The position numbers and the translations under genes were made by a program. The notes below the pieces were generated by a model. It saw nothing but the letters and a program-made list of their open reading frames with translations, ran no database searches and was not told the origin of the DNA. From the NCBI GenBank assembly GCA_965219545.1, contig CBDCNX010000023.1:1-64000 (forward strand): DNA of 64,000 bases, written 5' to 3'. Source of the DNA: Bdellovibrionales bacterium (GTDB lineage Bacteria; Bdellovibrionota; Bdellovibrionia; Bdellovibrionales; JAGQZY01). Numbering within the stretch: the stretch's first letter is position 1; each line of letters opens with the position of its first letter. Positions 1 through 10,213 of this stretch are shown piece by piece.

Positions 1-357
1 ACCCTGTTCACAAAAGCCCTACAGGAAGCCGCCTGTATCTTCTGGAACGGCCCCATGGGGGTTTATGAACAAAAACCCTTTGACAAAGGCTCAGTGACTC
101 TGGCCAAAGCCATTGGAAAATCCAAAGCCTTCACTGTTATTGGAGGAGGGGATTCAGCCGCAGTGGCCAGAAGCTCAGGGCTGTCCTCCAGAATAAATCC
201 TGTTCCAACAGAAGAAAAAACAGATATCACCGGGGATCAACCGGAAGACCTCCTTCAGGTGGATCATATTTCAACAGGGGGAGGAGCGGGCCTTGAATTT
301 ATCCAGGGACACAAGTTGTCGGGACTGGAGGTCTTGAAAGTGAGAAAAAATCAATGA
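1..357 (+). CDS. pgk: phosphoglycerate kinase, C-terminal part (5' partial at window edge)
   Basis: Open frame from position 1; translation contains FWNGPMGV...VIGGGDS...HISTGGGAGLEF, matching PGK C-terminal hallmarks; followed by tpiA as in the common pgk-tpiA arrangement. An odd insert-like segment (SSRINPVPTEEKTDITGDQPEDLLQVD) may reflect indel errors. Confidence 0.65.
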   Translation, partial: TLFTKALQEAACIFWNGPMGVYEQKPFDKGSVTLAKAIGKSKAFTVIGGGDSAAVARSSGLSSRINPVPTEEKTDITGDQPEDLLQVDHISTGGGAGLEFIQGHKLSGLEVLKVRKNQ

Positions 358-433
358 GTTTCATAGCCAGCTTAAATCAAATGGTCTTTGTAAATCAAAT
401 GGTCTTTAATTATTTAAAAGTGAGAAAAACACA

Positions 434-1182
434 ATGAGTTTTATTCTGGCTGCCAATTGGAAAATGAACAAATCCCCAAAAGAGACAGAAGTTTTTTTTT
501 CTGACTTTTCCAAATACAATCTTCCCGATTTTTTTAAAATCATTTTCTTTGTCCCTTCAGTCAACGGACCCGCCACGGCCAACGCAAGCAGAGTCTATAA
601 AATAAACTTTTCATGGGGGCCGCAAAACATCCATCACCGGGCCCGTGGGGCTTTTACCGGGAAACCTCACCCCAGGTAATGAGAGACCTGGGGGCTGATT
701 TCGCTTTGATGGGGCACAGCGAAAGGCGACAATTCTTTAATGAAGACGACAAACAAATAAATCTCAAAGTGAAAGCGGCCATTGATTTTGAAATGACCCC
801 CATTCTGTGCGTCGGGGAAAGTCTTGATGAACGTAAAAAGGATTCCACTATGGAGGTCATCAAAGGCCAACTGGAAAGAGGACTGGAAAACATAAAACCC
901 AAAAAAAAAATGCATATTGCCTATGAACCTGTTTGGGCCATCGGGACAGGAGAGACAGCCCGTCCCGATCAGGTGGAGGAGGTTCACGGATTTATCCGCA
1001 GGTTTTTAAAAAATCAATTTGATTCCTGTCATGAAAACATGAAAGTCCTCTATGGAGGCTCTGTTAAGGCGGATAACGCCTTTTCTCTTAAAAATATTCC
1101 TGAAGTGGGCGGCTTTCTGGTAGGAGGGGCTTCTCTGGAACCACAATCTTTTTTCAACATTATCAGAACCCTTGAAAAATAA
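434..1182 (+). CDS. tpiA: triosephosphate isomerase, interrupted by one apparent frameshift near position 655
   Basis: Frame A 434-679 gives ANWKMNK...GPQNIHHRARGAFTG; frame B 613-1182 continues ETSPQVMRDLGADFALMGHSERRQ...AYEPVWAIGTG...GGASL. Both are TIM signatures. The switch lies at a short G/C run. Confidence 0.8.
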
Positions 1183-1201
1183 AAAGAGAGAACCTTAAAG
1201 A

Positions 1202-2529
1202 ATGCCATTTTTGTTTATCTATCTTCTTTTCTACAATCTTTTTTTATGGCTTTTTTATCTCTTCAGGAAATTCCATAAAAAATGGGAACTTTGGTTTAAA
1301 ATCCGTGAAAAAAGACAAGGTGTCAAACCCTGGCTGGCCTTCCCGGAAAAACCCATCCCCTCTGGTTTCACTGTGCTTCCGGAGAGTATGAATACGCAAA
1401 ACCCGTTATCAGGGAAATCAGGGAAAAATATCCCAATGAAAAAATTCTTGTGACTTACTCTTCACCATCCGTGGAAAAAACCCTTTCCGAATCTGAAAAT
1501 ATTGATTTTTACTGTCCAACCCCCTGGGACACTTACAGACAGTGGTATCAATTTATCAACCATCACAGACCAAAAGCCCTTCTTATTGCACGAACAGATC
1601 TATGGCCCATGATGATTGTCTGTACAAAAAAAGCAAAGATCCCCCGCCTGCTCTTCTCAAAAACCATGGAAGGATCAAACAGAAAGTTTAAAAAATGGAT
1701 TGAACGTTTCATTTTAAGACAAATGAATGATATTTTTTGTGTTAGTGAGGATGATCGAAGACCACTGAAAGATCTTCTCCACCCCTTTAACAACATTCAC
1801 GTCACCGGTGACACTCGTTACGATCAATGCTTTTTTCGTTGTAAAAATCCAAAGACCTTAAAACCACTGAATAATTTTAACAGGCCCGTTTTTGTGGCAG
1901 GCTCAACATGGCCCAAAGACGAAGAGGTTCTGCTCCCTTTTTTTAAAAAATTTTCCAAACAGATTTCTTTTATCATTGCCCCCCATGAACCCACTTCCGC
2001 TCATCTGGAAAAACTGACAAAAAATATCGAATCCCAAAACCTGGAGTATCAGTTTTATACACAAACAGAGAACTGGGACCCTCTGGCTGTCCTGGTTATT
2101 GATAAACCGGGAATCCTTGCCGATCTCTATGCCTGGGGACTCTTTGCCTTTGTGGGAGGCTCCATGAATAGAAGTGTTCACAGTGTTATGGAACCTCTGG
2201 CTCAGGGACAACTCACCTTTGTGGGACCAAAACACCTCAATAACAGAGAGGCTCTGACTTTTAAGAAAGTGGACATCCAGGGAATAACCCCCGTACAAAT
2301 CATTAAAAACACAGATAATCTGTCAGAATGCTTTTCTGAACTATGGCCAAAGTGGACAAAAGATAAACAATTTAAACTGAAATTGTCGCTAAAAGAAAAA
2401 ACCGGAGCTTCCAAAGTTGTCATTCACTGGATAAAAAATCAAAAATCCTCCCTTCCAACAGCTTCAGATCAATTTAAAAGGCTTTTCAAAAAAACAGTCT
2501 CATTGACCCCTTATTTTAATTCTTCTTAA
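1202..2529 (+). CDS. waaA: 3-deoxy-D-manno-octulosonic acid (Kdo) transferase, with one apparent frameshift near position 1355
   Basis: N-terminal ORF 1202-1453 switches frame to read ...THPLWFHCASGEYEYAKPVIREIREKYPNEKILVTYSSPS..., the KdtA WxHxxSVGE region. The downstream 359 aa has GT30 Kdo-transferase-like content. Confidence 0.7.
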
Positions 2530-2605
2530 GAAAATTCTTTAAAGTTTTAGGACAAAAGGCCGATTCTTAATTAAGTACAAAAGATACACATTATAAGGAG
2601 TTGTT

Positions 2606-3442
2606 GTGAAAATAATAAAACTTTCTACTTTGATTTTTTGTTTTGTTTTCACTGGCAAAGCAATAGCCCAGGGTTCCAAAGGGAATATGCCAGATTATTT
2701 AAAATCCTCCAAGTCGAAAAAAAATCGCCCTTCTGAATTTGAAAAGGAAGTGGCTGAGGTTGATCCTTTCATAAAAAACAACATTCCACTGGATACAAAA
2801 TCAGGACTTAAAGATTCTTCAGATAATTTTAAAGAATTTCACCCCATGAGCGATAAAGACATGGAGGATATTTTTTCTTCTATAAATGAGAATCCGATTA
2901 AAAATGATAGAAACAATCAAATAAGACCCAGTCTCATTGACCAAATCTCCAGCCAGGACGATGAAATAAGAGTCAGCAAAGGCTCCGGTAAGAGACTCAT
3001 AGTGGGTCAGAGTCACAATAATGAAGGGCAGGAAAGCCCCTCCCCCTCTCTTATCAATGAAGTTTTTCAGGACCCGGACGACGAAAATATTGGCATGGAC
3101 AAAATACCGGAGGAAAGATTTGCCTATGAAGATGAAAAAGGATCTGACATGGGTCATCCCGTAGCTATTACGGAGAAAAGGGAAGAACAGCAACTTGACC
3201 CCGGTTCACAACAACAACGCACACCAAGCAACTATGAGCAGAGAGACACCGTCTTTAAATCCGGAATGCATACTTTTTCAAAAAACTGCATCTTATACTC
3301 CCAACCTGAAACTTCTTCTGAACCGTGGAAAGTTATCAAATTAGGTAAGGAGCTTTGGTTGGATAAATTTAATGATCAATGGTACAAGGCTTACAAAAGC
3401 GATAATGATCCTGTTTTCCTACAGGCTGACTGTCTCAATTAG
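2606..3442 (+). CDS. hypothetical secreted protein (signal peptide, acidic and low-complexity)
   Basis: GTG start after an AAGGAG ribosome-binding site; N-terminal signal peptide KLSTLIFCFVFTGKAIAQ; no recognisable domain. Confidence 0.4.
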   Translation: MKIIKLSTLIFCFVFTGKAIAQGSKGNMPDYLKSSKSKKNRPSEFEKEVAEVDPFIKNNIPLDTKSGLKDSSDNFKEFHPMSDKDMEDIFSSINENPIKNDRNNQIRPSLIDQISSQDDEIRVSKGSGKRLIVGQSHNNEGQESPSPSLINEVFQDPDDENIGMDKIPEERFAYEDEKGSDMGHPVAITEKREEQQLDPGSQQQRTPSNYEQRDTVFKSGMHTFSKNCILYSQPETSSEPWKVIKLGKELWLDKFNDQWYKAYKSDNDPVFLQADCLN

Positions 3443-3730
3443 TCAGTTCTGAAATTTATCGTCAGTCTTAAGAAGAATTTTTTAAAAAACCAAGGAAAAT
3501 AAGATGTCATTCAGGGCTGATGACTTAAGACAAAAGGCTAATTTAAAAGTCAGTTATCACTTGTTCAACAAAATCCTTTTGTATTTTCCAAAATAATTTC
3601 TATACTTATTATGTGTACTGGTTGCAATTTAAATTTCACAGGTTTTTCCTTTTGAAACACCCCAATTTCAAGATCAGTATATGTGTATTAACCTTCAATT
3701 TTCAAAAATAAATAATAAGAGAGGTATTCC

Positions 3731-4510
3731 ATGAAATTTTTAAAAACACTTTTTTTCGTATGTCTTTGTTTTTGTTTTCTATCCCCTGCTCTTGCCAATG
3801 AACAACAGGTTCATGAATCTGACAATTTGTACAGTTACGAAAAAAATCAAAAGAGAAGACGGAAATACAGAAACAGAATGAATAGATATCCAGCCAACAA
3901 AAAATTCCAACGAAAAATTCGGGGGAACAAATCAAATAACAAAAAATTCAAATCAGGTTCCGGAGTTATGTTGAATCTCACCTCAAGATTCGGTGAATCC
4001 ACTTCGGCTTTTGAGGCCCCCTCCCCCCTCGGTGTTGGTTCAATGGAGTTCTCAAGTAAATTAAACATTTTTTCCGCAAATCTGGATATTTTATATGGCT
4101 TTGATTTTGGCCTGGTTTTGGGAGCCACCTATTTTTTATTTTCCTCCAAATCTTTATCAACCAACGATGTTTTAGGAAAAAAAGATCAATACAAAAGTGA
4201 CACCCAACTTTACGGTCCGACCATTGGCTATAATCACATCCACGGAGAAAATGCCACCGGCCTTTTCACTCTCTTTACCTATTTTGCAGGTGGAACATGC
4301 AGCGATACTTTTATAACTGACTGTTCAGTGGACAATGGCTACCAACTCAGTCTTGGCTGGGCCTTCCCTGTGACTTCCAGTGAAGGTTTTACACTGGCTC
4401 TTGGCCCCCAAATCAATTTCATTGAAACAAATTTTAATAATGACAAACTAAAAATAAAAATGAAGAGAAAAGAATTCACTCCACTGATCGCCCTGTGGTT
4501 TATGTGGTAA
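3731..4510 (+). CDS. putative outer-membrane protein (signal peptide, C-terminal aromatic residues)
   Basis: Signal peptide LCFCFLSPALA; basic K/R-rich N-region; beta-strand-like alternating hydrophobics; C-terminal ...LIALWFMW. Confidence 0.35.
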   Translation: MKFLKTLFFVCLCFCFLSPALANEQQVHESDNLYSYEKNQKRRRKYRNRMNRYPANKKFQRKIRGNKSNNKKFKSGSGVMLNLTSRFGESTSAFEAPSPLGVGSMEFSSKLNIFSANLDILYGFDFGLVLGATYFLFSSKSLSTNDVLGKKDQYKSDTQLYGPTIGYNHIHGENATGLFTLFTYFAGGTCSDTFITDCSVDNGYQLSLGWAFPVTSSEGFTLALGPQINFIETNFNNDKLKIKMKRKEFTPLIALWFMW

Positions 4511-4549
4511 TCTTTACCATTTGAAAAATATTGTACTATGCTTTGCCAT

Positions 4550-4885
4550 TTAAAGGCATCTGACATTACTGGTACAGGCTCTTGCAAATCTGATTTGCTC
4601 ATCCTGTGTGGGATGTTTTTTTAGGGATTCCATAAAAAACCATATCTGCCTTTGAAAACAGGACTCAATCACTTTTGAAAAAGCCTCTTCATAAATGCGG
4701 GATATGAACTTTACTTTTCCCGTCTCTTTTGTATTGATAATACAAACACTTTGTGCAGGGTTTGTTTCATTCTGTATTTTTATGAATTCACGATTGACAG
4801 AGTGACTTGCAACCTCTTTGATATCTTTGGCCTGTGTCTGCCACCCGGTAATAAAAAAACTGATTATAAGAATTGCCCGGATCAT
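4550..4885 (-). CDS. small hypothetical secreted protein
   Basis: Internal Met followed by a signal peptide (MIRAILIISFFITGWQTQA); ORF 4550-4939 in the six-frame track. Confidence 0.3.
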   Translation of the reverse strand: MIRAILIISFFITGWQTQAKDIKEVASHSVNREFIKIQNETNPAQSVCIINTKETGKVKFISRIYEEAFSKVIESCFQRQIWFFMESLKKHPTQDEQIRFARACTSNVRCL

Positions 4886-5276
4886 TTTCCACCCCCTGTG
4901 GTAAGATTTCAAACCCTTGTGGAGCAAATACCGGACCAAATTCTTTTTTTAATTTAATTTTCTAAATAACTGTAATTACTTTATTTTTTTGGAATCTCGT
5001 TTTGAAACAGCCTGTTTATATTTTTAAAAAAGAGACCCAAAATGTCGCTTCACCATGATCTTCCCAAAGAAATCTGTGAAAATTCAAAATGCAATCCGGT
5101 ATAGACACCCGAAATGTCAAATGATACCCATACCACACTGAGAGTGTTTGAATTTTTTTGGACCTCCGACAATTTTTATCAATGGGATTCAGATTAAAAC
5201 AAATGGATTCTCAATGAAAAACAGGGTATTTTTGTATATACTGACTTTGGATTTGAACTTTTAACGGTTTTATAAA

Positions 5277-5714
5277 ATGGAACAACAATCAGAAAAACGT
5301 CAACGCAATATTATCAATGAGTTTCAACAGCTTAAAAACTGGGAAGACTCTTATAAATACATTATACGTCTTGGTAAAAACCTGCCAAAACTGGAAGACA
5401 GTCTCTATCAGGAAAAATTTCTGGTAAAAGGCTGCCAATCCCGTGTCTGGCTCTTTGCCCAACTCAATGACAAAGGACAGATGATTTTAAAAGCTGACAG
5501 TGATGCCATGATTGTCAAAGGTCTGGTCAGCCTTCTTTTGAGAGTTTACTCCGACCTGCCCCCTTCCGAAGTTTTAAAAACAAAACCTGTTTTCATTGAG
5601 ACCCTGGGATTTAAGGATCATTTATCCCCAGGCCGAACCAACGGTTTTCTATCCATGATTAAACAAATCCACCTCTACGCCCAGGCTTTTGTTTTAACCC
5701 AAAGTGAAAAGTAA
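5277..5714 (+). CDS. sufE: cysteine desulfuration protein SufE
   Basis: 145 aa with the GCQSRVW motif, the SufE active-site cysteine context. Confidence 0.75.
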   Translation: MEQQSEKRQRNIINEFQQLKNWEDSYKYIIRLGKNLPKLEDSLYQEKFLVKGCQSRVWLFAQLNDKGQMILKADSDAMIVKGLVSLLLRVYSDLPPSEVLKTKPVFIETLGFKDHLSPGRTNGFLSMIKQIHLYAQAFVLTQSEK

Positions 5715-5787
5715 CCCATTTTTTGGAGACGATACGCTTTCCTTTTGGATTACTAACAGATTTATAGGACAAACCACTAGGAATCGG

Positions 5788-6501
5788 TTAAATATTAGAA
5801 TGGATACGGGCACTGTCCTCATTGTCATCCAGGGCATCCAGGAACTCGTAAACTTCCCCAAGCTGTTCTTCACTCAAATCCTCTTTCTTGTTTTTGGCCT
5901 TATAGGATAATTCGCAGGTTTTAATATCCCAGTTTCTTTCTCCAAGAATTTTCTGAACACTGTCCAGGTCATCGGGATCGGTGTAAAAGGAATAAAAGTT
6001 TTCCCGGGAATGATTTTTCTCAACTTCATTGGCTCCCGCCTCAATGGCTTCCTCCTCACAATCAAAGTCTCCGGGGGGAGCCACTCCTTCCACCAGTCCG
6101 ATGCGATCAAACATCCAGAGAACACTTCCCTTCTCTCCCATCTGACCTTTATATTTTTTAAACATAAACCGGATCTCAGAAGCCGTACGGGCCCGATTGT
6201 CTGTCTGGCATTCAACCAACACAACCACCTGATGGGGGCCGTAGCCCTCATACATAATCTCTTCAATGATCTTTCCATCATCAAGGGAGCCTGTCCCTTT
6301 TTGAATGGCTCTGTTGATGGTTTCCTTGGGAACGGATTCCGCCCGGGCCGTATTGACAGCCAGTCTCAACCTGGCATTGGAGTCAGGATCCCCTCCCCCC
6401 AATCGGGCGGCCACTGTGATCTCTTTAGCCATCTTTGAAATCTGTGCCCCCTTTTTGGCGGCATTGGCCTGCTTCAATGGATTTTTCCAACTCTTTCCCA
6501 T
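5788..6501 (-). CDS. yebC: YebC/PmpR family DNA-binding transcriptional regulator
   Basis: 237 aa; N-terminal MGKSWKNPLK...KEITVAARLGGGDPDSNARLRLA matches the YebC family consensus. Confidence 0.85.
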   Translation of the reverse strand: MGKSWKNPLKQANAAKKGAQISKMAKEITVAARLGGGDPDSNARLRLAVNTARAESVPKETINRAIQKGTGSLDDGKIIEEIMYEGYGPHQVVVLVECQTDNRARTASEIRFMFKKYKGQMGEKGSVLWMFDRIGLVEGVAPPGDFDCEEEAIEAGANEVEKNHSRENFYSFYTDPDDLDSVQKILGERNWDIKTCELSYKAKNKKEDLSEEQLGEVYEFLDALDDNEDSARIHSNI

Positions 6502-6533
6502 AACGAAATCCTCCTTTCCAAGACAGATTGAAA

Positions 6534-6590
6534 CTCCACTGAGAGTGTTTGAGTTTCCATGGAATTTTTCTAAAAGATCATTTATAATAA
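6534..6590. repeat. partial copy of the TATACTGA-family intergenic repeat (arm plus truncated tail), upstream of yebC
   Basis: ccactgagagtgtttgagtttccatggaatttttctaaaagatcatttataataa aligns to the arm and start of the full elements at 9325, 20370 and 44155. Confidence 0.55.
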
Positions 6591-6851
6591 CCCATTATCA
6601 GAAATATAACCAAACGACATGAACATCAGAAAAAAGTAAAAGCCGTAATGCGTTATTAGTGTTTTAAATCTTTATCAATACACAATCCAGACTTTCAGCT
6701 TATATACTGATCATATTTGAACTTTTATGGAATTCTTCCAGGTAAAACCATGAAACTTAAAATACGATTTCCATTGATAATCGTCTTTAAACCTCCGCAG
6801 GCTCTTTCCATGTAAATCACACAAAAAAACAATGACCTTTGGATATAAATT

Positions 6852-8684
6852 ATGAAAAAAGTCACTTTCCTCATCATTATCCTGTTTTTTTCCAATTCAT
6901 GGGGAGATATTGAAAAGAAGGCATGGAGAGAAACCGGATACAAACTCCATCATTTTTTCTCCGCACTTTCAGACCGGGGGTTTTCCTGTTATGACTCTGA
7001 AAAACTTTTTGGGGCCTGTCTTATGGCTCTTCAGAGACTGATTCTTTTCACCGGTGATGAGTTTTACCAGTTGCGGGTTTCTGATTCCAACACCCTGGAG
7101 ATTGTTCCCAGTCCTGAAGAATCCAGGCCAAAAACAGAACAAGACATGATTGAATTCTTCAGACAAAACAGGGAGTCCTTTCATCTGCTCTTCCAAAGAT
7201 CTCCTCCAGGTCCTGAAGAACTTAACAAACTTTTCCATGAAATTCGTCTTTTGGCTGAAGAAAAAATCCCTGAAAAGGATCAATCTTTTCACGCAGGCCG
7301 GGCCCATGATTTTTTTCTCAAAGAAACCCACGATTCACACACCTCACTCATACCAAAAGCATTAACAGAAAATACTTTTGAACGCATCGGGTTTGGATTT
7401 GGTATCCTCAATTACCAGACAAATGATGAGACTTTGAACGGTTCTTATGTCATTGAAACTTTTAAAGATCTTCCAGCCTATAATGCAGGCCTCAGAAAAG
7501 GGGACCTCATACTGGCTATTGACGGTATTGATATCAGAGGCCTGCCCTTTGAAGAAGTGGATAAAATAATCAATGTTCCCGCAGGAACCCGGGTAAATTT
7601 CACTGTTCAGAGTTTTTGCGACAATAAAAAAAGAGAAGTCCCGGTGGTTCCCGCTCTCCTGTCTGTTTCCAATGCAACCTTTTTTGAGAAAAAACATCAG
7701 TTTGTTAACATCAACCGGGAAGAAGCCCCGGATTGTCCTTCAATCAAAAAAACAGAGGACAAACCTCCAACCCAACAGGCTTTTTACCTTTCTTTGCACA
7801 CTTTCAGTAACATAACCTGTGAAGAATTTGTTGGTTTACAGACAAAAGACCTGTCCAATCCGTTAAGCCTGGGTATGATTATTGATCTTCGCAATAACAA
7901 GGGAGGGGAACTGCCCCTGGTTATATGTATGCTTGAAAGCCTTATCTATAGTACCGACATTTTATTGAGCCTTATACCGGTTCACAGAGGCGAGGTTTTG
8001 TTAAATGACGATCCCAGAAAAATTCTTTTTCCCGCTCTCAGATATCTGTCAGCCTCACTTGATTTTGATTTTCAACCTGATAAAGACCTTATTCCCCTTC
8101 CCGTTTATAACAAAAATATTGTTGTTCTTGTCAACAAAGACTCGGCCAGTGTCTCTGAATTTTTTGCCGGAACCATTCAGGATATGAAACGGGGCTGGGT
8201 GGTTGGAGAACGCACCACTGGTAAAGGGAGTCTACAGGTTGAGGATTTATTTGACCTTGACCTTGAATCCGATCAAAGCATTTCTTACAAACCCCTTATT
8301 CAAACAACCACTCAATGGATCTACACTCTCAACAGTGGGCGATCACCCCAAATTACAGGAATTATTCCCGACTTTCAGTTCTCAAGAACCGGTGAAGCCA
8401 TTGCCCATGATCCTGATTCCATTTCCAGGAAAGTCTCTCTTTTAAACCCCATTCCATTTGAAAACAAAACCTGGGAGCAAAATCGTCCCATTGAAAAAGC
8501 AGAGTTGGAATCCTGCATCCATCAGGATGGCAAAATGGGGAAAAATCTTAAAAAAAGAATCAGAGAAGAGGAAAAATACAATCGTCCTTTCATCAACGAC
8601 TATCATCTTGAACTGGCAAAGGACATCCTGTCCTGTCTGCCCCCAAGGGAACTGTTCATGAGTATACCAAAGCCAGGTCAATAA
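6852..8684 (+). CDS. C-terminal processing (tail-specific) peptidase, S41 family with PDZ domain
   Basis: 610 aa with signal peptide; PDZ-like GLRKGDLILAIDGIDIRG; S41 core segments (VVLVNKDSASVSEFFAGTIQD, ERTTGKGS). Confidence 0.7.
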   Translation: MKKVTFLIIILFFSNSWGDIEKKAWRETGYKLHHFFSALSDRGFSCYDSEKLFGACLMALQRLILFTGDEFYQLRVSDSNTLEIVPSPEESRPKTEQDMIEFFRQNRESFHLLFQRSPPGPEELNKLFHEIRLLAEEKIPEKDQSFHAGRAHDFFLKETHDSHTSLIPKALTENTFERIGFGFGILNYQTNDETLNGSYVIETFKDLPAYNAGLRKGDLILAIDGIDIRGLPFEEVDKIINVPAGTRVNFTVQSFCDNKKREVPVVPALLSVSNATFFEKKHQFVNINREEAPDCPSIKKTEDKPPTQQAFYLSLHTFSNITCEEFVGLQTKDLSNPLSLGMIIDLRNNKGGELPLVICMLESLIYSTDILLSLIPVHRGEVLLNDDPRKILFPALRYLSASLDFDFQPDKDLIPLPVYNKNIVVLVNKDSASVSEFFAGTIQDMKRGWVVGERTTGKGSLQVEDLFDLDLESDQSISYKPLIQTTTQWIYTLNSGRSPQITGIIPDFQFSRTGEAIAHDPDSISRKVSLLNPIPFENKTWEQNRPIEKAELESCIHQDGKMGKNLKKRIREEEKYNRPFINDYHLELAKDILSCLPPRELFMSIPKPGQ

Positions 8685-8686
8685 AT

Positions 8687-9301
8687 TTATTTTTGACGAA
8701 GTCCGGGTCGCCACAACTCACAACTCAAATCGGCTGAATAAGGTGTTTTAACATCAAGAAGTTTTTCACGAACAAGCTCAATCATTGCCCCTTCCTCCAA
8801 ATCATTATTTAAAAGAAGTTGAACAACCTGATTGTTAACCATATAGTTGAATGTAAGAAGATATCTGTCCTGATCCCTGGCCAGACCCAATCTATAAAAG
8901 TTGTCCGTCTCATCAGATGTTCTCTCGTTGAAATCATAAACTTTTATTTCCTCTCCATCATTCCCTTTTTTTATGAACCAGGCTTTGACAAGCAATCGGT
9001 CCGCCCCCCTTAACCAGTCACTGGCCCCTTCTTCAAATTTCAATTTAAAACGAATCTGAAATCCATCGCCAAGATCAAAAAAACCTTTACCTCTGGAAAT
9101 CTTTTTGGAAGAAGATTCATCCCGAACCAAAGAAATCCATTGGACAAACTCAAAAGGCGAATTAAACGAGGATGGCTCTATGACAGTCTTAACTGTCGCC
9201 AATTCAACAACGCACTTCACCTCGTTTTCCCAAAGACCAGCCCCTCTGGAAACAACAGAAAGGCAACTCAAAAGAAGAATAACAAAAACTCTTATCATCA
9301 T
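8687..9301 (-). CDS. hypothetical secreted protein
   Basis: Signal peptide from the internal Met (MMIRVFVILLLSCLSVVS). The listed ORF start at 9361 is a GTG inside the repeat element. Confidence 0.35.
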   Translation of the reverse strand: MMIRVFVILLLSCLSVVSRGAGLWENEVKCVVELATVKTVIEPSSFNSPFEFVQWISLVRDESSSKKISRGKGFFDLGDGFQIRFKLKFEEGASDWLRGADRLLVKAWFIKKGNDGEEIKVYDFNERTSDETDNFYRLGLARDQDRYLLTFNYMVNNQVVQLLLNNDLEEGAMIELVREKLLDVKTPYSADLSCELWRPGLRQK

Positions 9302-9324
9302 CACCAAAGTCCTTAAGCATTTAA

Positions 9325-9452
9325 ATATACTGAAGACCATTTGTTTTTCATGAGAGACCACTTGTTTTAAGCGGATTTTGGCTAAAGAAATTCAGCATAG
9401 AATAAATGATCTCTCAGGGAAATTCCATGAAAATTCAAACCGGACCAGTATA
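9325..9452. repeat. full-length TATACTGA...TCAGTATA MITE/REP-like element (copy A)
   Basis: atactgaagacca...ttttaagcggattttggctaaagaaattcagcatagaataaatgatctctcagggaaattccatgaaaattcaaaccggaccagtata. Near-identical copies at 20370-20475 and, reverse-complemented, at 44155-44291. Confidence 0.8.
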
Positions 9453-9574
9453 ACACCAGCGAGAAGGTAACACAATATCTTTATTTTTCCGGATTTTTCA
9501 GAAAACTTCAAAGCCAGTGATTCATCCCTATAAAGTTGGAAAAACCTGTCATTCCTTTGGGTTTTCCAAAAAAG

Positions 9575-10213
9575 TTAATATTCACTGACCAGGCTATACT
9601 CCTTAAAAACTCTGTGTGCTGAAGGATAGCTGCATCCTGTTATTTTCATAATTCTATACGGGTTTTCGTACCCAATTTGTATGGCTGTTATGATGTCTGA
9701 ACGCCAATTTGTTCCATACAGAAACCGGTTTCTATACTGAAGATTTTCATCAATAAGTTTTTCAACTGTAGCCACATCAGACCTCCGTGTGCGTATTGAA
9801 TTTTTAGGAATAAGAAAACCATACTTTTTAAATCCAGGCTCCTCTCCCTTGTATGAAATAGCTTGTCTGACAATTTTTACTTTTGAAAGAGCATGAAAGC
9901 CCTTTAATTTTCTAATCAAACGATTCCATTTATGAAGACCCTGTTGAACGGCAAAAATGGCAAGAGCAATCAACCAGATAGCTTCTTTTTGCTTTTGTGA
10001 TTTCATCAGTTTCTCAATAACAACATAATTCCCATGAACTTTTATCCAACTTGCCAGGACCATAAATAATCGGGAATCATTTTCAACGGCAAGGGTGGCT
10101 TCATGGATTGTTTGTTCAATATCAACCCATGTTTTATTGGATATTTTGTATGAAGGTATTGAAAATCTTACTCCAATGAAATCAAGTTTTTGTTCAATAC
10201 TCAGATTATCCAT
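9575..10213 (-). CDS. hypothetical protein, downstream partner of the nucleotidyltransferase-fold gene (overlaps it by 13 nt)
   Basis: 212 aa with no recognisable motif. Translationally coupled to the 10201-10722 gene by start/stop overlap. Confidence 0.35.
   Translation of the reverse strand: MDNLSIEQKLDFIGVRFSIPSYKISNKTWVDIEQTIHEATLAVENDSRLFMVLASWIKVHGNYVVIEKLMKSQKQKEAIWLIALAIFAVQQGLHKWNRLIRKLKGFHALSKVKIVRQAISYKGEEPGFKKYGFLIPKNSIRTRRSDVATVEKLIDENLQYRNRFLYGTNWRSDIITAIQIGYENPYRIMKITGCSYPSAHRVFKEYSLVSEY

Noticed and set aside
3443-3730. 288-bp non-coding region upstream of the outer-membrane-protein gene, considered for a riboswitch or sRNA
   Set aside because: No recognisable riboswitch consensus (for example TPP, SAM, FMN or cobalamin core motifs) could be identified by eye. 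Left unannotated.
5874-6438. ORFs antisense to or overlapping yebC (5874-6284 minus-strand alternate frame; 6010-6438 plus strand)
   Set aside because: The YebC frame is full-length and conserved; the overlapping frames lack motifs.
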